The notes below the pieces were generated by a model. That model saw only the letters and a list, made by a program, of their open reading frames with translations. It searched no databases and had not been told where the DNA came from. Of a stretch of 64,000 nucleotides of DNA, positions 31,776 to 42,442 are shown piece by piece (within the stretch, counting starts at the first letter, position 1; each line of letters opens with the position of its first letter). The position numbers and the translations under genes are program-made. The stretch comes from an uncultured Candidatus Rokubacteria bacterium (lineage in GTDB: Bacteria; Methylomirabilota; Methylomirabilia; Rokubacteriales; CSP1-6), in contig CAWBMV010000037.1 of assembly GCA_963789955.1 (NCBI GenBank), forward strand, positions 320,001 to 384,000, written 5' to 3'.

Positions 31776-34700
31776 ATGGCCGACTTCCTCCCCTTCGTCC
31801 GCCGCTGGTTCGATGACACGTTCGCCGAAGCCACCCGCGCCCAGCGCGAGGGCTGGGACGCGATCGCCTCCGGGCGCGACACGCTGATCGTCGCGCCGAC
31901 CGGCTCGGGCAAGACCCTGGCCGCGTTCCTGTGGGCCATCGACCATCTCTGCCGGCTCGCCCTCGATCGTCAGCTCGAGGACCGCGTCTACGTCGTGTAC
32001 GTCTCCCCGCTGCGCGCGCTCAACAACGACATCGAGAAGAATCTCCGGGCTCCGCTGGCCGGTATCCGCGCCGCGGCCGCCGCCGATGGTCAGGCGCTGC
32101 CCGAGATCCGCGTGGCCGTGCGCACGGGCGACACCCTGGCCGCGCAGCGCCAGGCGATGACGCGCCGGCCGCCGCACGTCCTGATCACCACGCCGGAGTC
32201 GCTGTTCATCCTGCTCACGAGCGAACGGTTCCGTCCGGCGCTGGCCCACACGCGCTTCTTGATCGTCGACGAGATCCACGCGCTGATGGGCTCGCAAGCG
32301 CGGCGCCCACCTGGCCGCTCTCGCTCGAACGCCTGCAGGCGCTGGTTCAGGATCGCGACGCGGCGAGCCGTCCGCAGCGGATCGGCTGCTCGGCGACGGT
32401 GAGCCCCATCGAGTCGGCGCGCGCCTTCTTGACCGGCGCCACGGCGACCGACGCGGTGACCGTCGACGCGGGCTTCACGCGCGACCTGGATATCCAAGTG
32501 ATCGCGCCGGTGGACGACTTCCTGACGGCGCCGAGCGACACGATCTGGGAAGCCGCGCTCCAGCAGATCGCCGAGCTCGTCCAGGCGCACCGCACGACGC
32601 TCGTCTTCGCGCAGAGCCGTCGCGCCGCCGAGCGGCTCGCGCGTGACCTGAACGACCGGATCCCCGACGGCCGCGTGGCGGCGCACCACGGCTCGCTCTC
32701 GCGCCGCGCGCGGCTCGAGGCCGAGAACCGCCTGAAGGACGGCGAGCTGCGGGCGCTCGTCGCCACGTCGTCGCTCGAGCTCGGGATCGACGTCGGCGCG
32801 ATCGACCTGGTCGTGCAGCTCCAGTCGCCCCGCAACATCGCCGCGGCGCTCCAGCGGGTCGGCCGCGCCGGTCACCTGCTGAGCCGCACCTCGAAGGGAC
32901 GGATCGTCGTGACCAAGGGCGAGGAGCTGCTCGAGGCCGCCGCGGTGGTCCGCTCGATCCACGAGCGGCACCTCGACCGCGTGGTCATGCCCGACGCGCC
33001 GCTCGACGTGCTCGCCCAGCAGATCGTCGCGGCGGTGGCGGCCGAGTCGCTGACGATCGAGACCTTGCACGCGCGCCTGCGCAACGCCGCGCCCTATCGC
33101 CAGCTCGAGCGCGACACCCTGGTGGCCGTCATTCGCTCGCTCGCCGAGCCGCTGCCGGCCGAGGTCAAGGGCGCGGCGCCGCGCATCCTGTGGGATCGCG
33201 TGAACGACCGGCTGCACGCGCGCCGGGGCAGCCGATTCCTCGCGCTCACGTCGGGCGGCACGATCCCCGACAACGGCCTCTACGACGTCTTCGTCGCCGA
33301 GACCGATCTGAAGGTCGGCACGCTCGACGAGGAGTTCGTGACCGAGAGCCTGCCCGGCGACGTGTTCCTGCTGGGCTCGCACTCGTGGAAGATCGTGAAG
33401 GTCCGCGCCGACCGCGTGCTGGTCGAGGACGCGCAGGGCATGTCGCCGACGATTCCGTTCTGGAAGGGCGAGCATCCCTCGCGCTCGTGGGAGCTGGGCG
33501 TCGCCGTGGGGCGACTCCGCCGGGACGCCGCCGAGCGCCTGGATCGGCCCGACTTCGCGGCGTGGGCGGCGACCACCTGCGGTCTCGACGCCCACGCGGC
33601 CTCGGCGATGCACGCCTGGCTCGTGAAGGCCGGCGAGGTTCTCGACGGCGTGCCGGACGATCAGGGCATCGTCGTCGAGTCGTTCTCCGACGAGATGGGC
33701 GGCCGCCACGCGATGATTCATTCGGTCTTCGGCATGAAGGTCAACGGCGCGTGGGGCATGGTCCTGAAGGAGAAGCTCCGCCGGGTCGGTCTCGTGGCCG
33801 AGGCGAGCCACGTGGACGACGGTATTCTCCTGTCGTTCGCGCCGGGCCAGGTGCCACCGTCGCCGGAGCGCCTCGTCACCTTCGTCGCGCCCGAAGAGGT
33901 CGACACGCTCCTCGGCAAGGCGCTGATCGGCACGCCGCTCTTCGGCACGCGCTTCCGCCATTGCGCGATCCGCGCGCTCTTCATCCCGCGGATGTACCGC
34001 GGCCAGCGCACGCCCGCCTATCTGCAGCGGCTCAAGGCCGACGCGCTGCTCGAGTCGGTCGGCGGCCAGGCCGAGTTCCCGATCGTGGCCGAGACGCTCC
34101 GCGAGTGCTTCCACGACGCGCTCGACGCCACGCGCCTGCGCCGGCTGCTCGAGCGCGTGCACGACGGCGAGATGTGGCGCCGGCACGTGGACACGCCGCT
34201 GCCCTCGCCGTTCGTCTATCCCTTGCTGCTCGCGTGGGACTGGGCGTACCTGGGCGCCGGCCACGCCGAGGAGCGCCGGAGCGACGCGGTCACGATGCGC
34301 AAGGCGTGGTCCGTGGCGCCGGGCCCGCTCAAGCCGGAGATCGTCGAGGCGGTCGAGGCCGAGCTCCAGAAGACGGCGCCCGATCGCCGCGCGCGGGACG
34401 CGAACGAGCTGGCGGGGATCCTGGACGATCTCGGCGACCTGACCGACGAGGAGATCGCCGCGCGCGCGGTCGCCGACGGCCCGGCGCTGATCGGCGCGCT
34501 CGCGGCGGAGCGGCGAGTCCTGGCGCTCGACTTCGCGAGCGGACGCCGCGCGTGGGTCAGCGCGACCGACGTGCACGATCTATCGGTCGCTCGACACCGC
34601 CGACGGACTCGAACGCCTGGCGCTGCGCCTGCTCCGGACACGCGGGCCGGTGACGGCCGCCTGGCTCGCCGAGCGCTACGGTCTCGCCCTCGCCGCCGCG

Positions 34701-36111
34701 ACGAGCGCGCTCGAGCGGCTGGCCGCGCGCGGTCTCGTTCGTCAAGGCAGCTACCTGGCCGAGACCGCGGCTCCGCAGTTCGTCCACATCGCGGTGCTCG
34801 ACGAGATCCAGCGACGCCAGGTGCACGCGCGGCGCGTGCCGCGACCGGTCGCCTCGGCGGAGCAGCTCACGGCGTTCCTGCTGCGCCGGCACCATCTGCA
34901 TCCCGACCATCGCCTGATCGGGCCTCCGGGCGTCCTGGCCGCGCTCGAGCTCTTGCAGGGCGAAGACTTGCCGGTGCGCGTCTGGGAGCAGGATCTCCTG
35001 CCCGCGCGCGTCGAGAACTACGAGCGCGAATGGCTGGACCGGCTGGGGCTCGCCGGCGAGATGGTCTGGACGGTCTTCGATCGCGCCGCGACCGATCGCG
35101 GCCGCTCGACCCGCGTGGGCGCGGCACTTCGCGAGAACGTCGGCTGGCTCCGCGAAGCCTCGGCGACGCCGGCGCCGGACATGGACGCGCGGATCAAGAA
35201 CGTGTTCCTGCACCTGCAGCTCCGCGGCGCCTCGTTCGCCCAGGATCTCGCGCGCGCGACCGGGCTCGCCGCGCCCGAGGTGCTGCGCGGCGCTCTGGGA
35301 GCTCTTCTGGGCCGGCATGGTCACGCCGGACACCTTCAGCGCGATCGTGGCCGGCATGAACCCGCCTCGGCGCGCGCCCGAGGGCGGGCCGGCGCGCCGC
35401 CGGCGGCGCGGGCAGACTCGCGGTGTCCTGACACGACTCCCGGTGATCGGGCGCTGGAGCGTGCTCGGAGACGACGAGCGACTCTCGCCCGAGGAGCGCG
35501 AGGAAGCGCGCGCGCAGCTCCTGCTCGCCCGCTACGGCGTCGTCACGCGCGAGCTGGCCCAGGGCGACTGGACGACGCTCCGCCACACGTTGCTCCGCAT
35601 GGAGTACGGCGGCGAGGTCGTGCGCGGCTACTTCGTCGCCGGGCTGTCGGGCGAGCAGTACGCGCTGGCCGACGCGCTCCGCGATCTCGACACGCCGGCG
35701 CGGCGCGCCGAGCCGCACGTGCTGGTCAACATGATCGATCCGGCGAACCTGTGGGGCCGCGTCTTCGCGCTGTCGCGGCTGGACGGCTCGCGGGTGTCGG
35801 CGCCGCGGCTGCCTCAGAACTGGCTCGTGTTTCGCCAGGGCCGGCCGCGGTTGCTCGCCGAGGGGTACGGGCGAGAGCTCACGCCGCTGGCCGGCTGGGA
35901 GGACGTCGACCTGCCGGGCGTGATCGCCGCGCTCCAGTCGCTGATGGAGCGTCCGATCTTGATGAGGCCGGTGCGTCGTCTCGAGATCACGACCTGGAAT
36001 GGAAACCCCGTACGCGGCAGCGCCGTCTTCGAGCCGCTCGTCGCGGCCGGCTTCAGCGCCGACGGATCGCGCCTGTCGTGGGACGGCTATCCGGGTCCGC
36101 GCTCGAAATGA
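31776..36111 (+). CDS. lhr: Lhr-family DEAD/DEAH helicase with long C-terminal extension (frameshifts near 32300, 34575, 35290)
   Basis: APTGSGKT, SPLRALNND, TTPESL, DEIH, SAT, HHGSLS, TSSLELGIDVG, QRVGRAGH, GGTIPD; C-terminal LLARYGVV and RGYFVAGLSGEQYA. Confidence 0.9.
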
Positions 36112-36118
36112 CCGCGCG

Positions 36119-36913
36119 ATGAGCGGACGCCTGACCGGCAAGGTCGCGATCATCACCGGCGCCGGCTCGCGGGGGGCCGGCCTTGGCAACGGCAAGGCCA
36201 CGGCCATCCTCTTCGCGCGCGAAGGCGCGAAGGTGTTCTGTGTCGACCAGATGAAGGAGCGCGCCGAGGAGACCGTCGCGGCGATTCGCGCCGAGGGCGG
36301 CGAAGCCGTCGCCCACGCCGCCGACGTCACGCGTGCCGGTGAGTGCGCCGCCATGGTCAAGGCGGCGGTGGATCGCTGGGGCGGCGTCGACATTCTCCAC
36401 AACAACGTCGGCATCGAGTCGCGCAAGGGTCTGCTCGACACCACCGAGGAAGAGTGGGACCGCGTCATCGCGGTCGACCTGAAGTCGATGTTCCTCGCGA
36501 CGCAGGCCGCCGTGCCCGCGATGGTTCGCCGCGGCGGCGGCGCGGTGATCTGCGTGTCGTCGATCGCGGGGCTGCGCGGCTACGGCCGCACCGCGTACGC
36601 GACCGCCAAGGCCGGCGTGATCGGGTTCGTCCGCTCGGTGGCCGTGCAGCTCGGCCCCAAGGGCGTCCGCGTCAACGCGATCGCGCCGGGGCCGGTGTGG
36701 ACGCCGATGGTTCAGGATCTGGGGCCCGAGGCGCGCGAGCGGCGCCGCCGGGCGAGCCCGCTCGGAACCGAGGGTACCGGCTGGGACATCGGTTGGGGCG
36801 CGGTCTACCTGGCCAGCGACGAAGCGCGCTGGGTCACCGGACAAACCTTGATCATCGACGCGGGGCTCACGGTGACGACTCCAGAGGGCTCACTCGGCGG
36901 TGAGCCTCAGTGA
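36119..36913 (+). CDS. SDR family oxidoreductase
   Basis: TGAGS..GNG, NNVG, YATAK, RVNAIAPG. Confidence 0.92.
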   Translation: MSGRLTGKVAIITGAGSRGAGLGNGKATAILFAREGAKVFCVDQMKERAEETVAAIRAEGGEAVAHAADVTRAGECAAMVKAAVDRWGGVDILHNNVGIESRKGLLDTTEEEWDRVIAVDLKSMFLATQAAVPAMVRRGGGAVICVSSIAGLRGYGRTAYATAKAGVIGFVRSVAVQLGPKGVRVNAIAPGPVWTPMVQDLGPEARERRRRASPLGTEGTGWDIGWGAVYLASDEARWVTGQTLIIDAGLTVTTPEGSLGGEPQ

Positions 36914-37911
36914 GGGCCCGGGTCGCGACCCGGGCCCTCACCGGGGCAACCGCTCTCATCGTCGCAGTCGCCCTGGTCGCGGGATGCTCGAAGGGCGGGA
37001 AGATCGACTGGGAGAGCCCGGTCGAGCGCGCGCATCCGCTGGTCGGACGAATCTGGGACGTGAAAGCCGGGACGTTCATCGGCGAGGACGTGCTGGTCGC
37101 GCGGCTCGTCGCGAGCCGATTCGTATTGCTCGGCGAGCGGCACGACAATCCCGATCACCACGTGCTGCAGGCCAGGCTGGTCCACGCGATGATCGAGGCC
37201 GGGCGGCGCCCGGCGCTCGGATTCGAGATGCTTTCCACCGACGACGCGCCCGCGGTCATCCGCTATCTGGCGCGCAGCCCCAAAGACGCCGCCGGACTCG
37301 GTGACGCCGTGAACTGGGCGCGCTCGGGCTGGCCCGAGTGGCGCTTCTACCAGCCCATCGCCCAGGCGGCGCTCGACGCCAATGTGCCAATCATCGCCAC
37401 GAACCTCTCGCGCGCCGCCACCGACGCCGTCCGCCGAAACGGCCTGCCCGGGCTCGGCCCGACGCTCATGACCCAGCTGCGTCTCGCCGAGCCCACGCCG
37501 GAGACACGACTTGCGATGACGCGCGAGCTCCGCGAGTCTCACTGCGGTCAGGTTCCGGACACCATGATCGATCGCATGGTGGACATCCAGTGGGCGCGTG
37601 ACGCGCGCATCGCCACGAGCGTGGCCCGCGGCGGACAGCGCGATGGCGCGGTGCTCATCGCCGGGGCCGGCCACGTGCGCCGGGACCGCGGCGTGCCGGT
37701 GCACCTGGCCCTGCAGGCGCCGAACGCGTCGATCGCCAGCGTCGCGTTCGTCGAGGTGGACGCCGCGGCCTCGAAGCCCGGTGACTACGCGGCGCGCTTC
37801 GGCAGCGACGCGCTGCCGTTCGACTACGTCTGGTTCACGCCGAAGGTCGACGACGCGGACCCGTGCGAGAAGCTGAAGAAGGCCACCGACACGGAAACGA
37901 TCGGCAAGTGA
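36910..37911 (+). CDS. ChaN-family lipoprotein
   Basis: Lipobox LVAGC, LLGERHDNPDHH, GFEM, SHCG, Q.ARD, IAGAGH. Confidence 0.85.
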   Translation: MRARVATRALTGATALIVAVALVAGCSKGGKIDWESPVERAHPLVGRIWDVKAGTFIGEDVLVARLVASRFVLLGERHDNPDHHVLQARLVHAMIEAGRRPALGFEMLSTDDAPAVIRYLARSPKDAAGLGDAVNWARSGWPEWRFYQPIAQAALDANVPIIATNLSRAATDAVRRNGLPGLGPTLMTQLRLAEPTPETRLAMTRELRESHCGQVPDTMIDRMVDIQWARDARIATSVARGGQRDGAVLIAGAGHVRRDRGVPVHLALQAPNASIASVAFVEVDAAASKPGDYAARFGSDALPFDYVWFTPKVDDADPCEKLKKATDTETIGK

Positions 37912-38291
37912 TCGCGGCCAAGCGCATCTACGATCCGCCCAGCGACGCGGAAGGCATGCGCGTCCTCATCATGCGGCTCTGGCCGCGCGGCATCCGGAAG
38001 ACTCGCGTGGACGTCTGGCTCAAGGAGCTGGGACCCGTCCTGCCCCTGCTGCGCGCCTTTCGCGGCGGCGAGGTCGACTGGGCCGAGTACACCCGGCGCT
38101 ATCTGGCAGGACTCGCGCGACCCGAGGCCCAGGAGCCGCTCGCGCAGGTGCGCGCCGCCGCGAAGGACGGTACCGTCACCCTGTTCTGCGGCTGCGCCGA
38201 CGAGACCCACTGTCACCGCTCTCTGCTGCGCGCCTATCTGCTAGACTCACCGGCGCCACGCCCCGAGGCGTCCACGGGAGGTGCGAGATGA
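37908..38291 (+). CDS. DUF488 (YeaO-like) protein
   Basis: KRIYDPP...G.RVL.MRLWPRGI.K...D.WLKEL. Confidence 0.85.
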   Translation: MIAAKRIYDPPSDAEGMRVLIMRLWPRGIRKTRVDVWLKELGPVLPLLRAFRGGEVDWAEYTRRYLAGLARPEAQEPLAQVRAAAKDGTVTLFCGCADETHCHRSLLRAYLLDSPAPRPEASTGGAR

Positions 38292-38557
38292 CGAAGGCTG
38301 GATCGAAGAAGATGCGCGCGTACGTGCTCATCGAGACGGCGCCGGGCAAGACGAAGGCCGTCAAGAAGGAGCTGGCGGCGATCCAGGGCAACGACTCGAC
38401 GGTCGTCAATCTCGACGGCGTCACGGGCCCGTTCGATTTCATCGCCGTGGTCGAGGGCCCGACGCTCGACTCCGTCGGCCGGCTCGTCACCGACGAGATC
38501 GGCTCGATCGACGGGGTCACCCGAACCACCACGTGCCTCGCGGTGGCGATCGGCTAG
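38288..38557 (+). CDS. Stand-alone Lrp/AsnC ligand-binding domain protein
   Basis: AYVLIETAPGK, VTGPFDFIAVVE, IDGVTRTTTC. Confidence 0.85.
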   Translation: MTKAGSKKMRAYVLIETAPGKTKAVKKELAAIQGNDSTVVNLDGVTGPFDFIAVVEGPTLDSVGRLVTDEIGSIDGVTRTTTCLAVAIG

Positions 38558-38570
38558 ACGCGCTCATCCG

Positions 38571-39509
38571 GTGACGCGCCCGACCGTTCTCGTCTACCAC
38601 GCCGATCCGCGCTACGCGGAGCTCATGCGCGTGCCCAAGCGCGGCGCGCTCGTCCGCACCGCCGCGACGCCGCGCGAGGCCGCCGAGCCGATCGCCGAGG
38701 CCGAGATCCTCTACGCCTGGAAGTTTCCGCCGCAGCTCTACGCGAAGGCCGGGCGGCTCAAGTGGCTCCAGGTGATGGGTGCCGGCGTCGACTGGGCGCT
38801 GGTGCCGGAGCTGCCGCGGGGCGTGCAGGTCACGCGCGCGCCCGGGATCTTCGGGCCGTGGATGGCGGAGTACGTCATCGGCTGGTGCTCGTGGGTGACC
38901 CAGCGGATGCGCGTCTACCGGGACGCGCAGCGCCAGCGCCGCTGGCTCGACCACGTGCTGCCCGATCGCCTGTTCGGCAAGACCCTGACCATCGTCGGTC
39001 TCGGCGACATCGGCCGTGACATCGCGCGCGTCGCGAAGGGGCTCGGCATGCGCGTCCTCGGCGTCACCCGGCGCGGCCGACCGGTGCGAGAAGCCGCCCG
39101 CGTCTACCCGGTCGGCGCGATGACGCGTGCCCTCAGCGAGGCCGACTTCGTCGTCGTGCTCCTGCCCCTCACCAATGAGACGCGCGGGATCATCGGCGCC
39201 GCCGCGCTCGACGCGATGAAATCGAGCGCCTGGCTGATCAACATCGCCCGCGGCGCCGTGGTCGACGAGTCGGCGCTCCTGGCGGCGCTCGAGGGCAAGC
39301 AGATCGCGGGCGCCGTGCTCGACGTGTTCGATCGCGAGCCGCTCCCGCCGAGCCATCCGCTGTGGAAGCTCGACAACGTGGTCGTGACGCCGCACATCTC
39401 GGGCCCGAGCACGCCCGACGAGATCGCGCCCGTCTTCAACGACAACCTCGCCCGCTATCTCGCCGGCCGGCCGCTCCGTCACGTGGTCGACCGCGATCTG
39501 GGGTACTGA
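38571..39509 (+). CDS. D-2-hydroxyacid dehydrogenase
   Basis: GAGVD, GLGDIG, LPLT.ET, INIARG, LDVF..EPLP, TPHISG. Confidence 0.92.
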   Translation: MTRPTVLVYHADPRYAELMRVPKRGALVRTAATPREAAEPIAEAEILYAWKFPPQLYAKAGRLKWLQVMGAGVDWALVPELPRGVQVTRAPGIFGPWMAEYVIGWCSWVTQRMRVYRDAQRQRRWLDHVLPDRLFGKTLTIVGLGDIGRDIARVAKGLGMRVLGVTRRGRPVREAARVYPVGAMTRALSEADFVVVLLPLTNETRGIIGAAALDAMKSSAWLINIARGAVVDESALLAALEGKQIAGAVLDVFDREPLPPSHPLWKLDNVVVTPHISGPSTPDEIAPVFNDNLARYLAGRPLRHVVDRDLGY

Positions 39510-39511
39510 TC

Positions 39512-39979
39512 ATGCCGTCACGGCGCAGCGCCATCAATATGTCCGAGCCGGAGCTGACCCGCTTCCTCGACGAGGAGCGTGTCCTGACGTGCGCGACCAT
39601 CGGGCCGGGCGGACGCCCGCACCTGATGCCGCTGTGGTACGTGCGCGACGGCCAGAGCCTGGTGGCCTGGACCTACGGCAAGTCGCAGAAGGTGCGCAAC
39701 CTCGAGCGCGACGGCCGCGCGACCCTCCAGCTCGAGGCCGGTCGCGACGTCTACGGCCAGCTCCGCGGCGCCATGCTCGAGTGCGACGTGGCGATCGAGC
39801 GCGATCCCGCGCGCGTAGGCGAGTTCGGCATGCGGCTGATGGCCCGCTACACGGGCGCCGAGCTCTCACCGGACGCGCGGGCGGGCGTCCTGCAGCAAGC
39901 GTCCAAGCGCGTCGTGCTGCGCTTCACGCCGACGCGCATCGTCACCTGGGACCACCGCAAGCTCGGCGGCACCTACTGA
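39512..39979 (+). CDS. Pyridoxamine 5'-phosphate oxidase-like (FMN/F420 split barrel) protein
   Basis: ATIGPGGRPHLMPLWY, KSQKVRNLERD, TWDHRKL. Confidence 0.85.
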   Translation: MPSRRSAINMSEPELTRFLDEERVLTCATIGPGGRPHLMPLWYVRDGQSLVAWTYGKSQKVRNLERDGRATLQLEAGRDVYGQLRGAMLECDVAIERDPARVGEFGMRLMARYTGAELSPDARAGVLQQASKRVVLRFTPTRIVTWDHRKLGGTY

Positions 39980-40014
39980 GCCCGGCGCCGGCCAGTTCAC
40001 TCTCGCTCCGGTAG

Positions 40015-40695
40015 GTGAGCCCCTCGATCTCGCTCGTGATCTTCGACTGTGACGGCGTGCTGGTGGACACCGAGCGCATCGCCGTGCGAATCGACGTCAT
40101 CGTGCTCGCCGAGCTCGGCTGGCCGATGACCGAGGCGGAAGTCGTCGAGCGATTCATGGGCCGGAGCGACGAGGAGATGACCGCCGACATCGAGTCCCAT
40201 CTGGGCCGCCGCCTGCCGGCCAGCTGGGAAGAGCCGTTCCGTCATCTCTATCGGGAGGCGTTCGAGGCCGAGCTCGAGCCGGTGGCCGGCGTCGTCGAGG
40301 CGCTCGATGCGATCGCGATCCCGACCTGCGTCGCGTCGAGCGGGACGCACGAGAAGATTCGCTTCACGCTCGGGCTCACGGGGCTCTACGAGCGCTTCGC
40401 CGGCCGGATCTTCAGCGTGAGCGACGTCGCCCGCGGCAAGCCGGCCCCCGATCTGTTTCTGCATGCAGCCGGACGCATGGGTGTCCCGCCCGCGCAATGC
40501 GCGGTCGTCGAGGACAGTCGCTACGGCGTCGAAGCCGCCCGGGCGGCCGGTATGCGAGCCTTCGGTTACGCCGGCGGTCTCGCGCCAAGAGGCGCGCTCG
40601 CCGGTCCCCAGACGATTGTTTTCGAAGACATGCGGGAGCTGCCGCGCCTTCTCGCGGGCGCGTCGAACGGGGGTAGTTCCCTGGGAGTCGCTTAA
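40015..40695 (+). CDS. HAD family phosphatase
   Basis: FDCDGVLVD, VASS, KPAPDLF, VEDS..G. Confidence 0.9.
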   Translation: MSPSISLVIFDCDGVLVDTERIAVRIDVIVLAELGWPMTEAEVVERFMGRSDEEMTADIESHLGRRLPASWEEPFRHLYREAFEAELEPVAGVVEALDAIAIPTCVASSGTHEKIRFTLGLTGLYERFAGRIFSVSDVARGKPAPDLFLHAAGRMGVPPAQCAVVEDSRYGVEAARAAGMRAFGYAGGLAPRGALAGPQTIVFEDMRELPRLLAGASNGGSSLGVA

Positions 40696-40725
40696 TCGGC
40701 TAAACTATTAATCTAGTCAAAGTAT
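40692..40725. promoter_or_regulatory. AT-rich tandem imperfect palindromes; candidate MarR operator/promoter
   Basis: TTAATCGGCTAAACTA followed by TTAATCTAGTCAAAGTA just upstream of the marR-like gene in GC-rich DNA. Confidence 0.45.
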
Positions 40726-40745
40726 CCCGGCGGGCTGGAGAGGGC

Positions 40746-41246
40746 ATGGCGACGAAGACGAAGCGCGCGACGACGACCGAGGCGCATCAGATGCTCGAGC
40801 TGCTCAACTCGCTCGGCGGCACGATCTTCCGCCAGCTCCTGTGGCAGCGGGCGTCCGACCTCGATCTCACCTACGCGCAATCGCAGGTGCTGTTCCGGCT
40901 CGCCGAGCATCCGGGCTCGCACATGGGCGACATCGCCAAGGCCTTCGGGGTGACCCTGCCCGCCGTCACGCACATCGTGGATCGGCTGGAAGAAAAGGGG
41001 CTCGTGGTGCGTGGCGATCACCCGGCCGACCGCCGCGTCTACGTGCTCGATCTCACGCGCGCGGGCAAGGTGCTCGTCGAGGAGCTCGAGGCGATCCGCC
41101 TGCGGGGCATGGAGCGCGTGCTCGCGCGGATGTCCGCGGCCGATCGACAGCGCGTGCTCACGGGATTGGTCGCGCTGGTCGACGCTGCCGAGACGGCGGC
41201 GGACGACGACGCGCGCTCGGCCCGCGGACGAAAGGCGGGTGCCTGA
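40746..41246 (+). CDS. MarR family transcriptional regulator
   Basis: LTYAQSQVL, VTHIVDRLEEKGLV.R...ADRR...L.LT..G. Confidence 0.9.
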   Translation: MATKTKRATTTEAHQMLELLNSLGGTIFRQLLWQRASDLDLTYAQSQVLFRLAEHPGSHMGDIAKAFGVTLPAVTHIVDRLEEKGLVVRGDHPADRRVYVLDLTRAGKVLVEELEAIRLRGMERVLARMSAADRQRVLTGLVALVDAAETAADDDARSARGRKAGA

Positions 41247-42442
41247 TGCCCCGTCACCTGTCCGCCATCGCCTGGACGGTCGCCGCCGCCCTGTTCCTTG
41301 CCGCATGCTCGGAAGACGCCGCCGGCAAGGCGCGGGTCCAGCTGCCTCCGGTCCCCGTCACGGTCGGCGAGGTGCTCGAGAAGACGATGCCCGTCCAGCT
41401 CACGGCCGTCGGCAACGCCATGGCCTACACGTCGGTCGGGATCAAGTCGCAGATCAGCGGTCAGCTCGTCGAGGTGCGTTTCAAGGAAGGGCAGGACGTC
41501 CGGAAGGGCGATCTGCTCTTCGTGATCGACGCGCGGCCGTTCGAGGCGGCGCTGCGCCAGGCGGAAGCGGCGCTGGGCCAGCGCCAGGCCGAGGTGCGCC
41601 AGGCCCAGGCCGCCGTGGAGCGCGACAGCGCGCAGCTCGAGAACGCGCGGGTGCAGGAGCGTCGCTATCGCGAGCTGGTGGCCAAGGAGCTGATCGCGCG
41701 CGAGCAGTACGACACACTCAATACGAACCTGACGGCGATGCAGGCGACGGTGGAGTCCGATCGCGCGCAGGTCGAGAACGCGAAGGCGGCGCTCCAGGCG
41801 GCGCAGGCTAACGTCGACAACGCGCGGCTCCAGCTCGCCTACACGACGATCCACTCGCCGATCGACGGGCGCACCGGCAACCTGCTCGTCCAGAACGGCA
41901 ACATCCTGAAGGCCAACGACGACAATCCGATCGTCGTGATCAACCAGGTCCATCCGATCTACGTCTCGTTCTCGGTGCCCGAGCAGCACCTGGGCGACAT
42001 CAAGAAGTACCGCGCGGCCGGCTCGCTCCAGGTCGTCGCGCGGCCGCCCCGCCAGCAGGAAATCCTCGCGACCGGTGAGCTCACGTTCGTGAATAACGCG
42101 GTGGACACGACGACCGCGATGATCCAGCTCAAGGCCACGTTCGCGAACGAGAACAACGTGCTCTGGCCCGGCCAGTTCGTCGACGTGGCGATGGTGATCA
42201 CGAGCCGCACCGCGATCGTCGTGCCCTCGCAGGCGATCCAGCCTGGCCAGCAGGGCCCCTACGTCTTCGTCGTGAAGCCCGACCAGACCGTCGAATCGCG
42301 CCTGGTCACGCCCGGCGTGCGGCTCGGCGCCGAGACGATCGTCGAGAAGGGCTTGAAGCCGGCCGAGCGCGTCGTGACCGACGGCCAGCTGCGGCTCGTT
42401 CCGGGCGCCCGCATCGAGGCCCGCCCGCCGAAGGCGTCATGA
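41246..42442 (+). CDS. RND efflux periplasmic adaptor (MdtA-like) lipoprotein
   Basis: Lipobox LAAC, F.EGQ.V.KGDLLF.ID.RPF, SPIDGRTG, LWPGQFV. Confidence 0.9.
   Translation: MPRHLSAIAWTVAAALFLAACSEDAAGKARVQLPPVPVTVGEVLEKTMPVQLTAVGNAMAYTSVGIKSQISGQLVEVRFKEGQDVRKGDLLFVIDARPFEAALRQAEAALGQRQAEVRQAQAAVERDSAQLENARVQERRYRELVAKELIAREQYDTLNTNLTAMQATVESDRAQVENAKAALQAAQANVDNARLQLAYTTIHSPIDGRTGNLLVQNGNILKANDDNPIVVINQVHPIYVSFSVPEQHLGDIKKYRAAGSLQVVARPPRQQEILATGELTFVNNAVDTTTAMIQLKATFANENNVLWPGQFVDVAMVITSRTAIVVPSQAIQPGQQGPYVFVVKPDQTVESRLVTPGVRLGAETIVEKGLKPAERVVTDGQLRLVPGARIEARPPKAS

Noticed and set aside
31776..36111. Programmed frameshifting or a split Lhr system
   Set aside because: No slippery sites at the breaks, and the same kind of indel occurs throughout the window.
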